64,000 nucleotides of DNA from the NCBI RefSeq assembly GCF_000150275.1, contig NW_002060948.1, positions 62,001 through 126,000 of the forward strand. Reading direction: 5' to 3'. Below the pieces are notes generated by a model. That model made no database searches. It saw only the letters and a list, made by a program, of their open reading frames with translations, and was not told where the DNA came from. This DNA is from Trichoplax adhaerens (taxonomy: Eukaryota; Animalia; Placozoa). The translations under genes were made by a program, and so were the position numbers. Of the stretch, positions 37,897 to 52,000 are shown piece by piece (within the stretch, counting starts at the first letter, position 1; every line of letters begins with the position of its first letter).

Positions 37897-40800
37897 ATGT
37901 CGGACGTTCCCTACGTTGAATTCGAAGATGCAGATGGCCATAATCCCCATAGGCCATTTTTCATTACCTATAGGCAAACGGCGATTGGTGTTATTGTCTT
38001 TATCATTCTTGCAGTTAGTGTTGGATTGATAGCAGGATTAACAGCAAGTGGCAGGAATCAATCGGCTAATATCACCACAACAAGTATGCCGCTAACGACT
38101 GCAGTTCCAACCAAGTACGCCGCCTTAGCTAAACCTCGATTGCCTACCAGTATTAAACCGAAGGCTTATTACTATCAATTAGATATCGATATGACAAAAC
38201 TGAATTTTGTTGGCATTAACACGATTCAGTTTATGGTTAAATCTTCCACCAATATTATCATTGTCCATGTTTCTGGTATTAAAATGTTATCAGCACCGCA
38301 AGTTAGCAATGATCGAAACTTTAACGGTGCATCGACATACTATAAAGTTATCGATACTGGCAATTATAAGCCCAATAGTTATTACTACGTCGTCCTACAG
38401 AACAAATTAACTCCAGGAACTTATTATATTCGATTTAATTTTACCGCGCAATTGGCTTCTGATCTCCTAGGACTTTACAAGTATCAGTATACAAGAGCAT
38501 CAGATCGGCAAAAAATGTAAGTCTACGTAGTCATTCTAAACTGTTTAGTAGAATATCGATATTATTATTTTTTAAATGAGCGACTACAGCACTAAAAAAG
38601 TTTTGAAACAGTTTAGCATTCCTTTGTACAGCATAATATAGAATAATATCAAATAAAAATTACTTCTAGGATCGGTTTATAGGGATGAATATAAATAGAG
38701 CATAACGAACACGAAATCATCGTAGTGAGAACATTAAATATTGTGCTTAGACTATCCCAATATTTTTAACTTAAGCAGTAAAAATACCGCTATATAACCA
38801 GAGTAACTAGAAATTTTCTCGAAATACACGTAGTATCCACATAACCTCAATTAAAGATCGGTATGATGGCTGCATCTTTCTATGTGCTTAGCAGTCATAA
38901 TTTTACTTGTTGCTAGGAGAAATATTACAAGCATAGTTGACAAAAGGAATTTGCACTCTTGTTGGCTGCTAAAAGTAATGGTATATTAGATATTCACGCA
39001 AAGTATTAATAGTAAAACTAGTATGGATTGTTGATGAAGACTTATATGAAGTTATATTTAAGAAGTTTGGGAATATAAAACTGTGATGGAGGGTTCAATA
39101 AAATTGATACAAGTAGATTTAGTAATCATCAGAGACTAATAATACCTACATGATTTAGTGATAAATTAAATTCGCATTGCTAGCTGTAAAGTGTATAAGA
39201 TTAAATTCAGTTGCTGTTATGTAGACGAACATATAAGCTGTCATATAGTAATGTGAGCAAATAGGTAGCACTAATAACTATAATAAGTACAATAATTGAG
39301 AATGAAGTAAAAAGTCAGCGGTTTTAATACGTATAGAATAGAATACATGTGCAACACCTTACAGGAATCAATGATTTCAAGAAGTAAATGGGTATTTAAA
39401 GGAAGGATCAACATATAAGCTATCATATAGTCATGAGAGCAAATAGCTGGCACTAACAATAATAACTATAATAATTTAGAAATGAAGTAAAAGTCAGCGG
39501 TATTTATACCTCTAGAATAGAATATAAGCACAATTCATAACAAGAATCAATGTTTTTAAGAAGTATAAATGGATATTTAAGGAATATCTTATATCACTGC
39601 ATAAATAGCTATTTAGAGCTACTGGTAGATATCACCACTATTAGTCAACACCATAACGTGAGCTAATAAAATGCAGCATAATTGGGTTGGAATAGCTTAT
39701 ATTCTTAATTTGATTTAGTTCGAAGCTTGGAGACTGTATCACAGCTTGTAAACCTTATTCTAAAATTTTATGAATAGGATATATTCAGTATTCAAATTTC
39801 TGATCTGTTTGAATAATTATTTCGATGAACAATAATTAGATGGGCAATAGCTAGTCAAGGGCAGGATTTCTATACACGGAGAATGATTCCTTGTTTTGAT
39901 GAGCCAGCCTTGAAAGCAACCTTTCAAGCCACGATCATCGTGCCAAGTAATTATAGTGTCCGATGGAATATGCCTGTTACTAAAAAAACTGCTATTGGCA
40001 ATAAAATGCGTTATGAACATTCAAGTAAGTCAATTCTTACATTATTACTGCGGATTTATCATAGCTTCTAAGCTAAAATACTCTTGGATAATCGTTGTTT
40101 TGATTTGCAGTACCCTATTTACTATCTACTGTGTGTTGGCTTTCTTTCATACTTTTGCTACTATTATCGCAGCTTAATGCAATTATTTAAAACATGATCA
40201 TTTATCATAAACAGAAGATTACGGTACACTGTATATTACACTATCACTAGGTTATATAAAGAAATGAACATATTGCTTTAAATCGATATTTTCTTAAATC
40301 TTAGCCTCTCCCATAATGTCAACGTATTTACTAGCCCTAGCTGTCGACGGATTTACTTATGTCGAAGGACATACAACTAGAAATACTCGTGTTAGTAAAA
40401 TTGACTAGATCAATCCTGTTTAATATCGTTTTATTACTTGCTAAATGGATTTATCAAATAGCAATTGCAATAGTGAAAATTTAAGTTCTTAATTAGTGCA
40501 GCATTCGAGTTTTATACATGTGCAAATTAACTAATTTACAGATATTCAATGACCGATAATCAATTTAAACATTAAGATTCTAAATTCTCTTTAAAATTAT
40601 ATTTTAGAAGTAATGTAAGGGAATGAAATCGATTAAATTTGCGGCTTTTTTTAATAAATAGGTTAGAGTGTGGTCTAGACCATCTATTCGGAATGATAGT
40701 TATTTCTCCTTGAGAACCATCATCAATATAACACAGTACTATGAAGGATTTTTTGGAATTCCCTATCCCATATCAAAGCAAGGTTAGATTAATTGTTAGA

Positions 40801-43800
40801 TAAGTCATGATTGTAAACTGATAAAATCATCCATAGAATTCTAATATTAAGATTTTTCCTTTATAAATCATCTGTACATAGTATGTAATGTTTACCTAGC
40901 AAAAGATAAATTAGAGCCAATAGGTGTAAATTAACTGCTATTACTGTCATCAACACATAGATCATGTTGCCGTTCCTAAATTTTATGCCGGTGCGATGGA
41001 AAATTGGGGTTTAAATTTATATCGGGAAGAAATTCTTACCTATAATCCTTATTATGTTAGCTCAAGATTACTAAAAACTATTATTGTTATCATTTCCCAC
41101 GAATTGTGTCATCAGGTAAGCAACATTTCTGCACTATCGATAACACGAGCGAGTTTTCATAACCTAATTAGTAACCCAGCTGTTTTACAGTACTCTCCTA
41201 AATTATATAGTTGGCAATATATAGCATGAATATGTTCAATCAATCTATACCTGTTATATTACTGATTGATCTGCTTTGATTTAATTTAAAAATTAGTGGT
41301 TGGGAAACTATGTTACCATACAATGGTGGAATCATATGTGGATCACTGAAAGTTTTTGCAACTTTTATCAATTTTATGCTGGTTCTATCCTTCAGCCCAG
41401 CTTCTTCTTGGTAAGACCTCGTTACTGAAGAAATCTTCAAGTATAGCTAGCGACAATTTCAATCAAAGTTTTACATGCTACGATACCCTCTATAATTATT
41501 CGAGCAAAAATTGTTGGATTTAATAATTTTAATACAGTATTCTCCTCGAATAATTCTGTCTTCTTGTTTCATGTACAATTTGCACAGAAACAACAATTTG
41601 TTACAGATAGTGTTCAAGTTGCAATGCTTGTAGATGCTACTCGTAGTTCGCACCCCTTGGTCTTACCGCCTAATCTTGGTCCCATTTTCGATAAAATTAC
41701 ATACGAAAAGGTATAATACTATTGACTACACCCTAGATTATTTGTATAAAATTAGTCATATCGATTTTTATATGATTCTTTTTGTTGACGTTGCCATTGC
41801 AGGGAGGATCTATCTTTCGCATGTTACGTGATTATATTGGTCCTGCGAATTATCATACTGGAGTAAAGGTAATTGTTTTGATTTCCTATTTATTAGGAAA
41901 TTTATCTATTCTAAGTTATTTTAATTATAGCGGAGAGTAATAATAATATACAGGCTGTAAATTAGGAATAATGACACCTTCCTCATTAGATGCGATTATT
42001 TAAGTTCTAATAGCTTATCAGGAATAATTCAACTTTAGTACTTAATTAGCAATATATTAATGTATAGTTACAACATTAGCGAAGGAAATCTGAAATTAAG
42101 ATTTTTATCTAAAATTTCTGGGATATTAGGCATTATTAAAGAAATATTTATATAGTAATATTGCAACAGAACAAGTGTTTCAAGCTATATCTGGAGTAAG
42201 TAAATGTTGGCATCGCATCATTTATTGGTAATATAATTTGCATTCTTAGGCGTACCGAAATTAGATAGATTTATAGTCTAGGTTTAATACTGCTCACTTA
42301 TTTAAGCTGTATTAGATGAAGTTGTTATCAATATGGAAACTTAATGATTGACCGTCTGTTTGCGGAATATTTTAGTAAATTTTTTTTGTTAATTTAGATC
42401 ATAACACACTGGGTTAGTTTAGTTATTCGTTATCTAAATTTTATAGAATCTGCGTATAGCCTTTACCAGATAAAAAGGAAATATTTGACTATTAGCTGCC
42501 TCCATCTATTTCTAATTGGCAGTAAATAATTAATAGATATATATCTTAATCTTATTTAAAATAGGCAATTCAAAGTCCAATTAACATCAGTGATTTTATG
42601 GGTCCTTGGGTATATCAAATGGGTTATCCATTGGTAACTTTAATTCGTCATCCCGGCAATCGTGGTTTGGGCATAATATCACAGCAACGTTACCTAACTA
42701 ATTCATCATTAAATCCTAGTACTGACCCTCCTGGTTCACCCTATCCTTCAACTTTTGGGTAAAATTCTTTGTATATTGTATAGCTGGTATTATAAATTGT
42801 GTACGCAAAAGCAAAGTAAAGGCCCTACAAATTAATTAATATTGAGCTATATGCTTTATTTCGAGATGTTATTATCGATTGCGAACCTTATTTCAAGTTG
42901 CTGCGATCATTGTCCAACTGTTATATAGTTATTTAAATATTGAAGCACTTGTAATATTGAACCCTAACAAGATGTAGTAGATGATAGGTTATATAAATGC
43001 AAAGTAAATGCCCTAACGGATTAATTATTATTGGGCTATCTGCTTCATTACGAGATAATGCTATGGATTGTTGAATTACTTTGATCACTATACAATCATT
43101 ATATAGGTATTTAGTTAATTAAGTGCTGTAGAACTTGTATACAGTATTAAACCAACAAGATATAGTACTGTAGAAGATTGCTTAATTGATTAAATAATAT
43201 TACGCATTTCGCTTCATTAAGAGATGAAACAACCAATGGCACAAATGATTTTAAATTTTATAGGCACTATTAAGCTTTATAAAGCTGTTTAATAGATTTA
43301 AAATGCAGTAGTATTGGTAAAACTAAGCCAAAAAGATGACGCGCATGCCATATTTAAGAAAGATTGATTAATAACTTGAATCAACTTCCTACTCTAGCTT
43401 TAGTAGTGGATTTTATGATAGCGTACACCGTAATACTGTTATATACATATGTAATTATTTCACAAAAATTTGACTCATTCTTACCTCTATAGCTACAAAT
43501 GGACTATTCCTATTCGATACTACAATTCAGGAGATAAAACTACTAAACTCCTGGTGTTTGATAGGACTTCAGGTAATAACCCATGGAGTAATAATATTTA
43601 TTATGCGAAACAAATTACTGCAAAGGCTCACAACAAAGATATGTACAGGTCTGATAGCCTACTAGATAAATAGAAAAATGGTATAAATTCTCTATGAACG
43701 TAATATGCGAATAATTTATAAATAAGTAATACTCCATAAAAGCTACTCATATTTAGTAATACGAAAAAGCCAGATTAAGAGTTCATTAGAAGAATAAATT

Positions 43801-46800
43801 TATTAAGTTTTGACTGTCATGAGAACTGGTAATGGATTATTACAAATTACGTTAAAATATTTCTGCTATAAAGACTCTAAAAGTTAAAATTACCGAGTAT
43901 CTAGCGTATAGATTTGTTGTATTCTATTAGAATTATTAATATTTAATAATTAGCTAGCGAAATTACGTCATGAATTTGCACGAGTATAAGATTTGTTGTA
44001 AGCTACCGAAATTGTTAATAACTCTTTAGTAATATCAGCTACAAAATATCTTACCGTGAATACTGTAAGTTTAAAAGTTACTAAATATCACCGATTTTTT
44101 CCTGCTATGTTAATGCTATTGATTCTTACTTGCTAGCCTCTGTTCAGATTGGTTGGCCAGCAAATACATGGATAAAATTAAATACCGACGAAATTGGTTT
44201 CTATCGCGTCAACTACCCTACAGAAAATTGGCAAGCTTTGGCTATGGCATTACAAACGGATAAAACTGTATGCAAATACGTTGTCAGTTGTAGTGGTTGC
44301 TATCTGTACTGAAAACTTTAGTAGAATATTCTAGATACGGTGATAAATAGTATAGGTGTAATTACTTTCAATTTTGATTATATTTAGCAATTTTCCGAAA
44401 CTGATATTGCCAATATGTTGGATGATGCTTTTCAACTTGCACAGTAAGATCGATAGAATAAATTAAAAGTAATTTTTACATTTTACGTAACAGTAATGAG
44501 GACACAAAATACTTTGAAAGTTTTATGTATAGTTGATAATTTGTTTTGTATATTGGATTATTTCAGGACTTATCGTATTAACTACATGATACCTTTAAAC
44601 CTAACCAAGTATTTATTTAAAGAGACAAATCAATTACCCTGGGGTGTTACTAGCCTTTACTATTCTGCAATGTTTCAACGCCTATCAAATAGAGGATCCT
44701 TTCAATATTTCTCAGTAAGTAGAGCTACTTTAGGATAAATACCCGTATCGGATTAAAATGAGTCTACACCTTTATTTTTTTCGCTGGGCATATTGTATCG
44801 TTCAGAAGCAGTCCCTACAATCACCTAGCTGTTATGCTCAAACTTTATAGAGTGGTGTATTTAAAATTTTTATTTATTACAGTAGGTGATTTATAACATT
44901 TCATATTATTGAATTGCCTAGAAATACTTTCAGAAAATAGCTGCTGTACAGGCCGATCGGTTTGGATTTTCTGATAACGGAAACTGGATATACAAGTAGG
45001 TGAAAAATGACGTATTAACAATAAGACAATTTAGTGGAATATTTTTATTCATAACGACATTGGAAGGCTTAGCATGATTATATTGAACTTTAATGTCTGT
45101 AAGAAACTTAGAAAAGACTAACTAACGAATTTTTAAAGTTAAATTTACACGGTTTTCTTACTATAAAGGCACTGGAAGTTTACTGTGCTATGAAGAAATT
45201 AACATACATATAATATACCAGTATTTTAGCAAGTACGGTAGTTCATAATATGGCGCATTAGATATTTCTACTTATAAAGAGACCGAAGATTTTGTAACCA
45301 TTATATTAACTACTTCAGCATTAGTTCATAGAGGTACACGGGGTAAATTTTAATAGACTAATCTTTCTGTTTATTATTTATTTACAATATAAAAGAAAAT
45401 CAATAGATTATTATGATTATATTGAAACTAGTATTTCTTTCAATAGTGTAATACCTAAAGGAGTAAATGATGAATTCCTATACTTTAATCTTACTTAGCG
45501 TTTTATAATTATAACATATCCTATAAAGCTTAGTAACAGCCTAAATTTTGTATGTAATTTCAGTTGATATAGTGGCAATACAAACTTGATATGAGATTCT
45601 TTTAGCAGGAAAATCATGATATCTCATTATCATTCGTATGATCTTAATTTTAGGGAAGCTCGAGCAACTGTGTTAGAGATGGCTTGTAGTACAGGTTATA
45701 AGCCATGTATTGCTAATGCCACAGCCATCTTCAAGAAATATATGCAAAATCCTACAGCCAATAAGTACGTAAATATGCTTAGATTCGAAGATTACAAATT
45801 AACTCGATGGTTTATATTTTCCTTCATTAATGATGCAACTGAACTGAGACCGAACTTCTTATATGATTCTCTACTTTTATCGTAGTATCAAAGGCACAAT
45901 TAGAGGAATTGTATTTAAGTATGGTATTGAAAATGGTGGTGCTACGGAATGGAATTTCCTATTTAAGCAATACAAACAATCGCTAAATATTGCCGATAGA
46001 CGAACTATGTTAAGGGCATTATCAGCCACAAAAATACCTTGGCTTATAAGAAGGTATGACTAAATGTAGAATGATTTTATGAGAAATACAAAGTTTAGAC
46101 CTAGTAATTTTTGAAGAATTATGTTAAGTAAACATATAATTCATGAATGGTTGGTAACATCCGTGCTATTATTATAGGTTCTTAAATTATACTGTTGATC
46201 CAACTAAAATTCCGTCAAGTTCCATGCAAACTGTTCTACTTAATGTTAATCGCAATACGGTAGGAAGGTATTTTACCTGGGAATTTCTGCGCGACCATCA
46301 AAACTTCTTGATGCAGAAGTAAGTAGCTTTGACTGGATATGTGCAGATTGGAATACTTCTCGTAATTACTGTTGTACTTTGCATAATAAAAGTATGATGG
46401 GCAAATAGATATTTGAAAATTTTATTGCATTTATATCGTAACCAATACGTAGATTTAAGACAACAAGATCAATTGTCCGCATTATTACTCAAAACTATGA
46501 CACTCCACTTCTGCTGAATCAGGTATACAACAATTTAAAGAAATTATTATTATACACGTATAAATAGCTTATGCTTTTCAACTTTAAATGTTGTAAGTAT
46601 GACGATAGATACAAACTGTAGTAACGAATGAGATTAACATAGTTAGCAAGACCTACTGGTATGTTTTGACATACCACTCTCGATTTGCCTAGAAATTAAT
46701 GCTTTATATTCGCCATTCTTTCAATAATATACCCAGATCTTTATTAGATAGAATGATAAATTATTTCCTTCATTATTATGACACTGTTGTTCACTATTAC

Positions 46801-47186
46801 AGCCAAATAGAAATTACGAATCGATAGAAACTGCTTAACAAGCATTTATTGTTAGAATTTATTATCAGTATATATGAGAATAATGTCTATAGATTGTGGT
46901 AGAAGGATTGCAAAAACTAATTGTTAATGGGTTATCTGACTATTACATCAATGGCATTTTTAGTTTAGTATGAAGCTGTTCCAGTTTAGTATAACTTTTA
47001 ATTTTATTAACCCAATTTATCATATGATAGGTGATGAATTACTTTAAAATGTTCCCAGAAAATTCAGGGAGCGCAAAATCTACGGAAGCATCTATTATTC
47101 AAAGAATTAAATCTAATATGCAGTATTTGCATCGGTGTGAAAGTACGCTTTCCACATGGTTTGCGCAGAATGCAATAAATACGTAG
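37897..47186 (+). CDS. M1-family membrane aminopeptidase (aminopeptidase N/A-like), copy 1, about 19 exons
   Basis: Type II anchor AIGVIVFIILAVSVGLIAGL, Thr-rich stalk, [35 protein letters not shown]-x18-E, FDKITYEKGGS, WIKLN..GFYRVNY, and an ERAP1_C-like tail ending in stop at 47186. Confidence 0.93.
39228..39588 (+). repeat. Diverged tandem duplication of about 180 bp in intron 1 of aminopeptidase copy 1
   Basis: Two copies of acatataagct.tcatatagt.atg.gagcaaatag.t.gcactaa...aatgaagtaaaagtcagcggt...gaatcaatg.ttt.aagaagta. Confidence 0.85.
42805..43170 (+). repeat. Diverged tandem duplication of about 190 bp in an aminopeptidase intron
   Basis: Two copies of gcaaagtaaa.gcccta...attaatta.tattg.gctat.tgctt.att.cgagat...aacaagat.tagta. 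Confidence 0.75.
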
Positions 47187-47894
47187 TGAATCATTTTATC
47201 AACAGGTTCATAGAGAAGTAGATGTAAATGAATTAATTGCTAGTAAAGTATAGTACGTTAAAATAACATAATATAAATGTAAAATTTTTCTATTGGATTG
47301 CAATTTGCTTCATTTTTACTTGTTATAAACCCGTAGTGCACCATCGATTTCTATAACAGAATCCTTTTCATATACTTGTATAAGTATCTCATTCTGGAGC
47401 CTTTTGTATATTTACAAATCGTAGCAGAATGTTTTCCTCTGAAGTATATTGTCGATTAGTTCGTTAGATGTGCTATTCGTTCTAGTATACTAATGTAATG
47501 TTGTGGATATTCTTGAAGATAAATAGTTTATTGTATATCATTACGATGTATTATATTCTTCGGAAATAACGGAAATAAATGATAGAATTTGAGTTATAGG
47601 TGGTCTGCACTAAGTCTACACTACGCTATCGTCTGATCTTGGTAGACTTACTAGCCAGTCTGGCAATTTAATGATCATCGTTGCTATGGTTATTGACCTA
47701 GAATTACGTTATATAATTGATATTACACTTGAGAAGGTCCAACCTGGAGCTGTATAGCTCACCGCACATTATAATAAAATAGGATTTAAAATAGTTTATC
47801 AATTAAGAGAATTTCTCTATACGGCAACGGTAAGACAGTGTGAGATTTCTATGAGAACAAGTTGGGCTGGACATGATCTTTTCTAGCTATGAGC

Positions 47895-48690
47895 AAATGT
47901 AATTGATACCGTAAAGCTTACAAGAAAGTGTAATTGTTGATTTATTATTTTGAAGACACTTTCGATACGATAGCAGTTATTGATAACTCTTTCCGCTTAT
48001 AACGAATGGAAGTGGACAGCTAGTTGCACATCAAGTTTGTTTTCTTTCTCTTTAGCAAATAGTCGCTCTTCAACTGTACTACTATGTGTACTCCTAATTC
48101 GGACTTTGGCAGGCTATTGCTCGTAATAGTCTATGGGGATATTGAGGCTTTAGACGTAACATATATCAATGTTATCATCATAATTTAGATAGTCTGATTG
48201 CAGCTAGATAGTCCTTGGCAGTTGTAAGATGGATCAAATTGATTTAATAGAGCTTACAAGAAATTGTAGTTATTGATTATTATTATTTTGAAGACGCTTC
48301 CGATGCAATATCACTTATTGGTGGTTCTTTCCATTTATAGCGAACGGAGGTGGATAGCGAGTTGTCTATATGAGTTTTGTTGTAATACTTGAGGTCGTCG
48401 GATTGCAGCTAGATAGTCCTTGACAGTTGTAAGATGGATCAAATTGATTTAATAGAGCTTACAAGAAATTGTAGTTGTTGAAGGCGCTTCCGACGCGATA
48501 GCACTTGTTGATGGCTCTTTCCATTCGTAGCGAACGGAGGTGGATAGCGAGTTGTCTATATGAATTTTGTTGTAATAATTGAAGTCGTCTGATAGCAGCT
48601 AAATTGTCCTTGGTAATTCTAATGGATGTAAGAAAGCTTATAAGCCATTATAGTAGTTGTTTTATTATTTTGAAGGCACTTTATCACAGC
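47895..48690 (+). repeat. About 4 diverged tandem copies of a unit of about 200 bp upstream of the chimeric gene
   Basis: Near-identical gattgcagctagatagtccttg.cagttgtaagatggatcaaattgatttaatagagcttacaagaaattgtagtt at about 48197 and 48401, with more diverged copies at about 47900 and 48595. Confidence 0.85.
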
Positions 48691-49024
48691 TCTTCAACCT
48701 ATTCAGGATACTGTAGTATAGGAATTCTTCACTTGCACTTTCCCCTTAACCAACTTGAACTCGGTGTCCTATACAACGCAGTAAGCGCTAGCTCCTACCT
48801 GATACCGTCAATAGCTGTTCCACTAGTTCCACAACAGCGTATCAGGCTGCTATAAGCCTTTGCCATGACGTATTGACTTTCTTCTTCAGTAGGAGAGGAT
48901 TCGACGGCCAGCGAACTTAGCACCATTAAAGAACTGCAGGTAAACCACTTGAAGAGAATTTTCCATTGGCATTTTCATCCTCTCTCGCTTTTTCATTCAT
49001 TTCTGATCGTCATTGAAGACTGAT

Positions 49025-52000
49025 ATGGTTGAGAGGATGGATGATGCTATTCCTTTAGTACTAGATGATCGTATAAAAAGGCGGAGACGTAGAGAGGTTA
49101 TGACAACATTCAGCAAGATCACACTTGGGGTTTTGTTGATGATATTGGTAATGAAACTATGGTTGCAATCAGAAATGATCAGACCAACCATGACATTTGG
49201 TTATAAGGGAAATAGAACAGTCGAAACAACAAGATCATCGATCATGTCGACTGATAATCCAAGGGATGATTTACCTGGCTCCCATTTCCTGCCTAATATC
49301 AAAGCCAAGGAATATTATGTCAACTTGAGCATGGATATCAACCAATTTCAATATAATTTAATGTTTATTATACGTATTGCTGTTCTATCTCCAACAAATA
49401 CTATTATTCTTCATGGTAATGGTATCGACATGAAGTCAAAACCTCAAATTACTCGTAGCTTGGACTTTCATCAGACTTTAATACAGTATCGTCTTCGTAA
49501 CGCTAGCAGAAGATCAACTCAAAATGCCAGCCGTTACTCTCTCGTCCTCGATAAAAATCTAGCAATCGGTCATTATTATATTCGCTTCAATCTTACTTCT
49601 CAAATAGCTTCAAAATTTCTTAGATGTTGTAAAGACGAAAAGAATTCGTAAGTAGATCATGTAATGATTTTGGAATGCACTACTTCTAATGAACATCAAT
49701 AGACACGGTAATAAGATGGTGACAGTCGATTCTATCCTATGAAGCAACAAGAGCTACTAGACGAGTCACATTGGACTGTAATGAAAGATTGGATAGCATC
49801 ATAAATTGATTCTTAGTACCTAATTAGGAGTAGTATACAAAAAATGTCGTTTAGTGTCAAAAATTTGAGCGACAAGTTTCTAATCTGATTAATTACACAT
49901 ATGATTATTACAAGAATCATAGGAATACTTTCCTTAAATGAAATGCTACCCTTGCCATAATACTGTAGAAAATGAATTGTTAATCGCTAGTCAAGGCTCC
50001 CCATCCAGTACTTTCATAGGTTGTATACTTTCCCATCACATGATAAGGCAAAGACTTGTCAAAGTTATCCCTTAGTCTAAAAGACAGATTGTAATCGCTA
50101 AATTTAGTTCACCAGCAACTGCTGATGAAGTTCAATTATATCCTAAGCTATGACTACAAATAGACATTTACCTATGTTGATGAAATAGCGTTCCATCTTC
50201 AAAATTTTTATTCTTCCAATTTAAAGCCTAAAATATGCCTACAAGATAGACACCTGCCATTGACTTATTCTTGTTAATGAACTTATACGTATGACAGAAA
50301 CAGTACAAGGACCACTAATGTTTCCTTAATGAGTTTTTTAATTACTTCTAGTGTGTTATAACTTTCTTTAAAGGGGCGTTTGAGATATTGTACTAACTGC
50401 AATAAATCACATAGTATTGATATTGCAGCGATTGATAGCTTTCGCTGATTTTTTGATCGAATTGGCTCATTTATTTTCTTCCTTTAAACTAAACGTAGTC
50501 GAAGCGGAATGTTATCCTCCCTGAAAGTCTTACCGTATTTAAACGAAAAGCTATTCAAGATCAATTTTAAAGCCGTTATCGTAGCTCATAAGGATTACCA
50601 GCTCAGATGGAATACACAATATGCTCGAAAAGCATCTGTAAGTTCAAACAAGATCTCCTATACCTTTGGAGGTAAGTAAGACTAAAGTTTAAGATATTGT
50701 TTCTATTATGACTGTATATTCTAAAAGATAAATGCCTTTCAAGTACAGTACAGTAGTCAGCAATGTATTATACTTGGACAATTTTTTATGTTCATTGTAA
50801 CAATAATGATGTTAATATAGATGTGCAACATAAGATTATGCTATAGTTAATAAATCCAGAGCAGTATATGATTATTGTGGCGTTATGATCATTTGTTGCA
50901 ATCTAGCTGCATACGGCTAATAAACTATTCTTCCATTCCTTTTGATTTAGCATTCAATTTTATGTCATCACGCCTGTACATGGTTTTACAGAGTGCTGCC
51001 AATTTATTAACAGATGGTCAAAGCATCATTACGAACGAGCTATTGCGCAAAATAGTAAGTATACCAACCACCACTATCTGAATATTTAAAACAATTAAAA
51101 TTGTATATATTAGTACACTCATTTCAAAGCTTCGATTCGCATTGACTTATCGATTAGTTAAAGATGCTATTTGAAACATTATACTCTAGGTCAGTTATAA
51201 AATGGATCCTTTATCTGTTAGTCAAGAAATTCAGAAATCAGGTATTAACACCCAAAGGAATAATCGAATGCATCGTCAATGTGAAAAATTAAATTTGAAA
51301 GTTGCCAAGCAAAAGTGGGGAAGTCCGTATAATCAAAGTTTTCTTATCATCCAATGGGATACTTCTTGGCAGCCCGGGGAATTCGATTTTATAGCAGTAT
51401 TTAATAAGATTCCAAAATCACCTTTTAATCATTTACCACGTCAGTACTATTGGATCAAGTACGCTAGAAATAATACCATTGTAACTGATGTTGTATATAG
51501 GCAAAATTTATATTACTATGTAGTCTACTATACCTATAAACGCAATCCTGCAAGTTTGCAAGGATTTGGTTTTACTCCTGTGAAAGTCATATGGATTTAT
51601 AATAATCTGACCAACTTGCCTGCCATGCAAGATGACTCTGGTTATGCAGCTCAGCCTCATCCTAGAATTAGTCCTCAAGATGTTAACATCAAAGAAAGTG
51701 TTATACAATTACAGGACAGCCAGAACTATACTAATCATTATCCTTTCTTGACAGCTTCTGGTCAGCACACATTAGACATTGGAATTGACTTAAGTTTAAC
51801 GTTTAATTTAAACTGGTATCATCCTCATGATGTGGACAAGTGGGATTATGTTGCTATTTATAATCATGATCCTAAGAATGATAGTGGTTACATTGCAAAT
51901 CAGTGGTGTTGGGTAAGTGATTACAAAACTGGATTCTGTAATACAGGTGTTCAATTTGATCGCCAGCATCATTATTTTGCCGCCTACATTAGTTATGATT

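Noticed and set aside
49013-49651. ORF as a dead aminopeptidase pseudogene fragment
   Set aside because: The frame is intact, canonical splice sites continue in frame through two more homologous exons, and these lead into the PLC exon.
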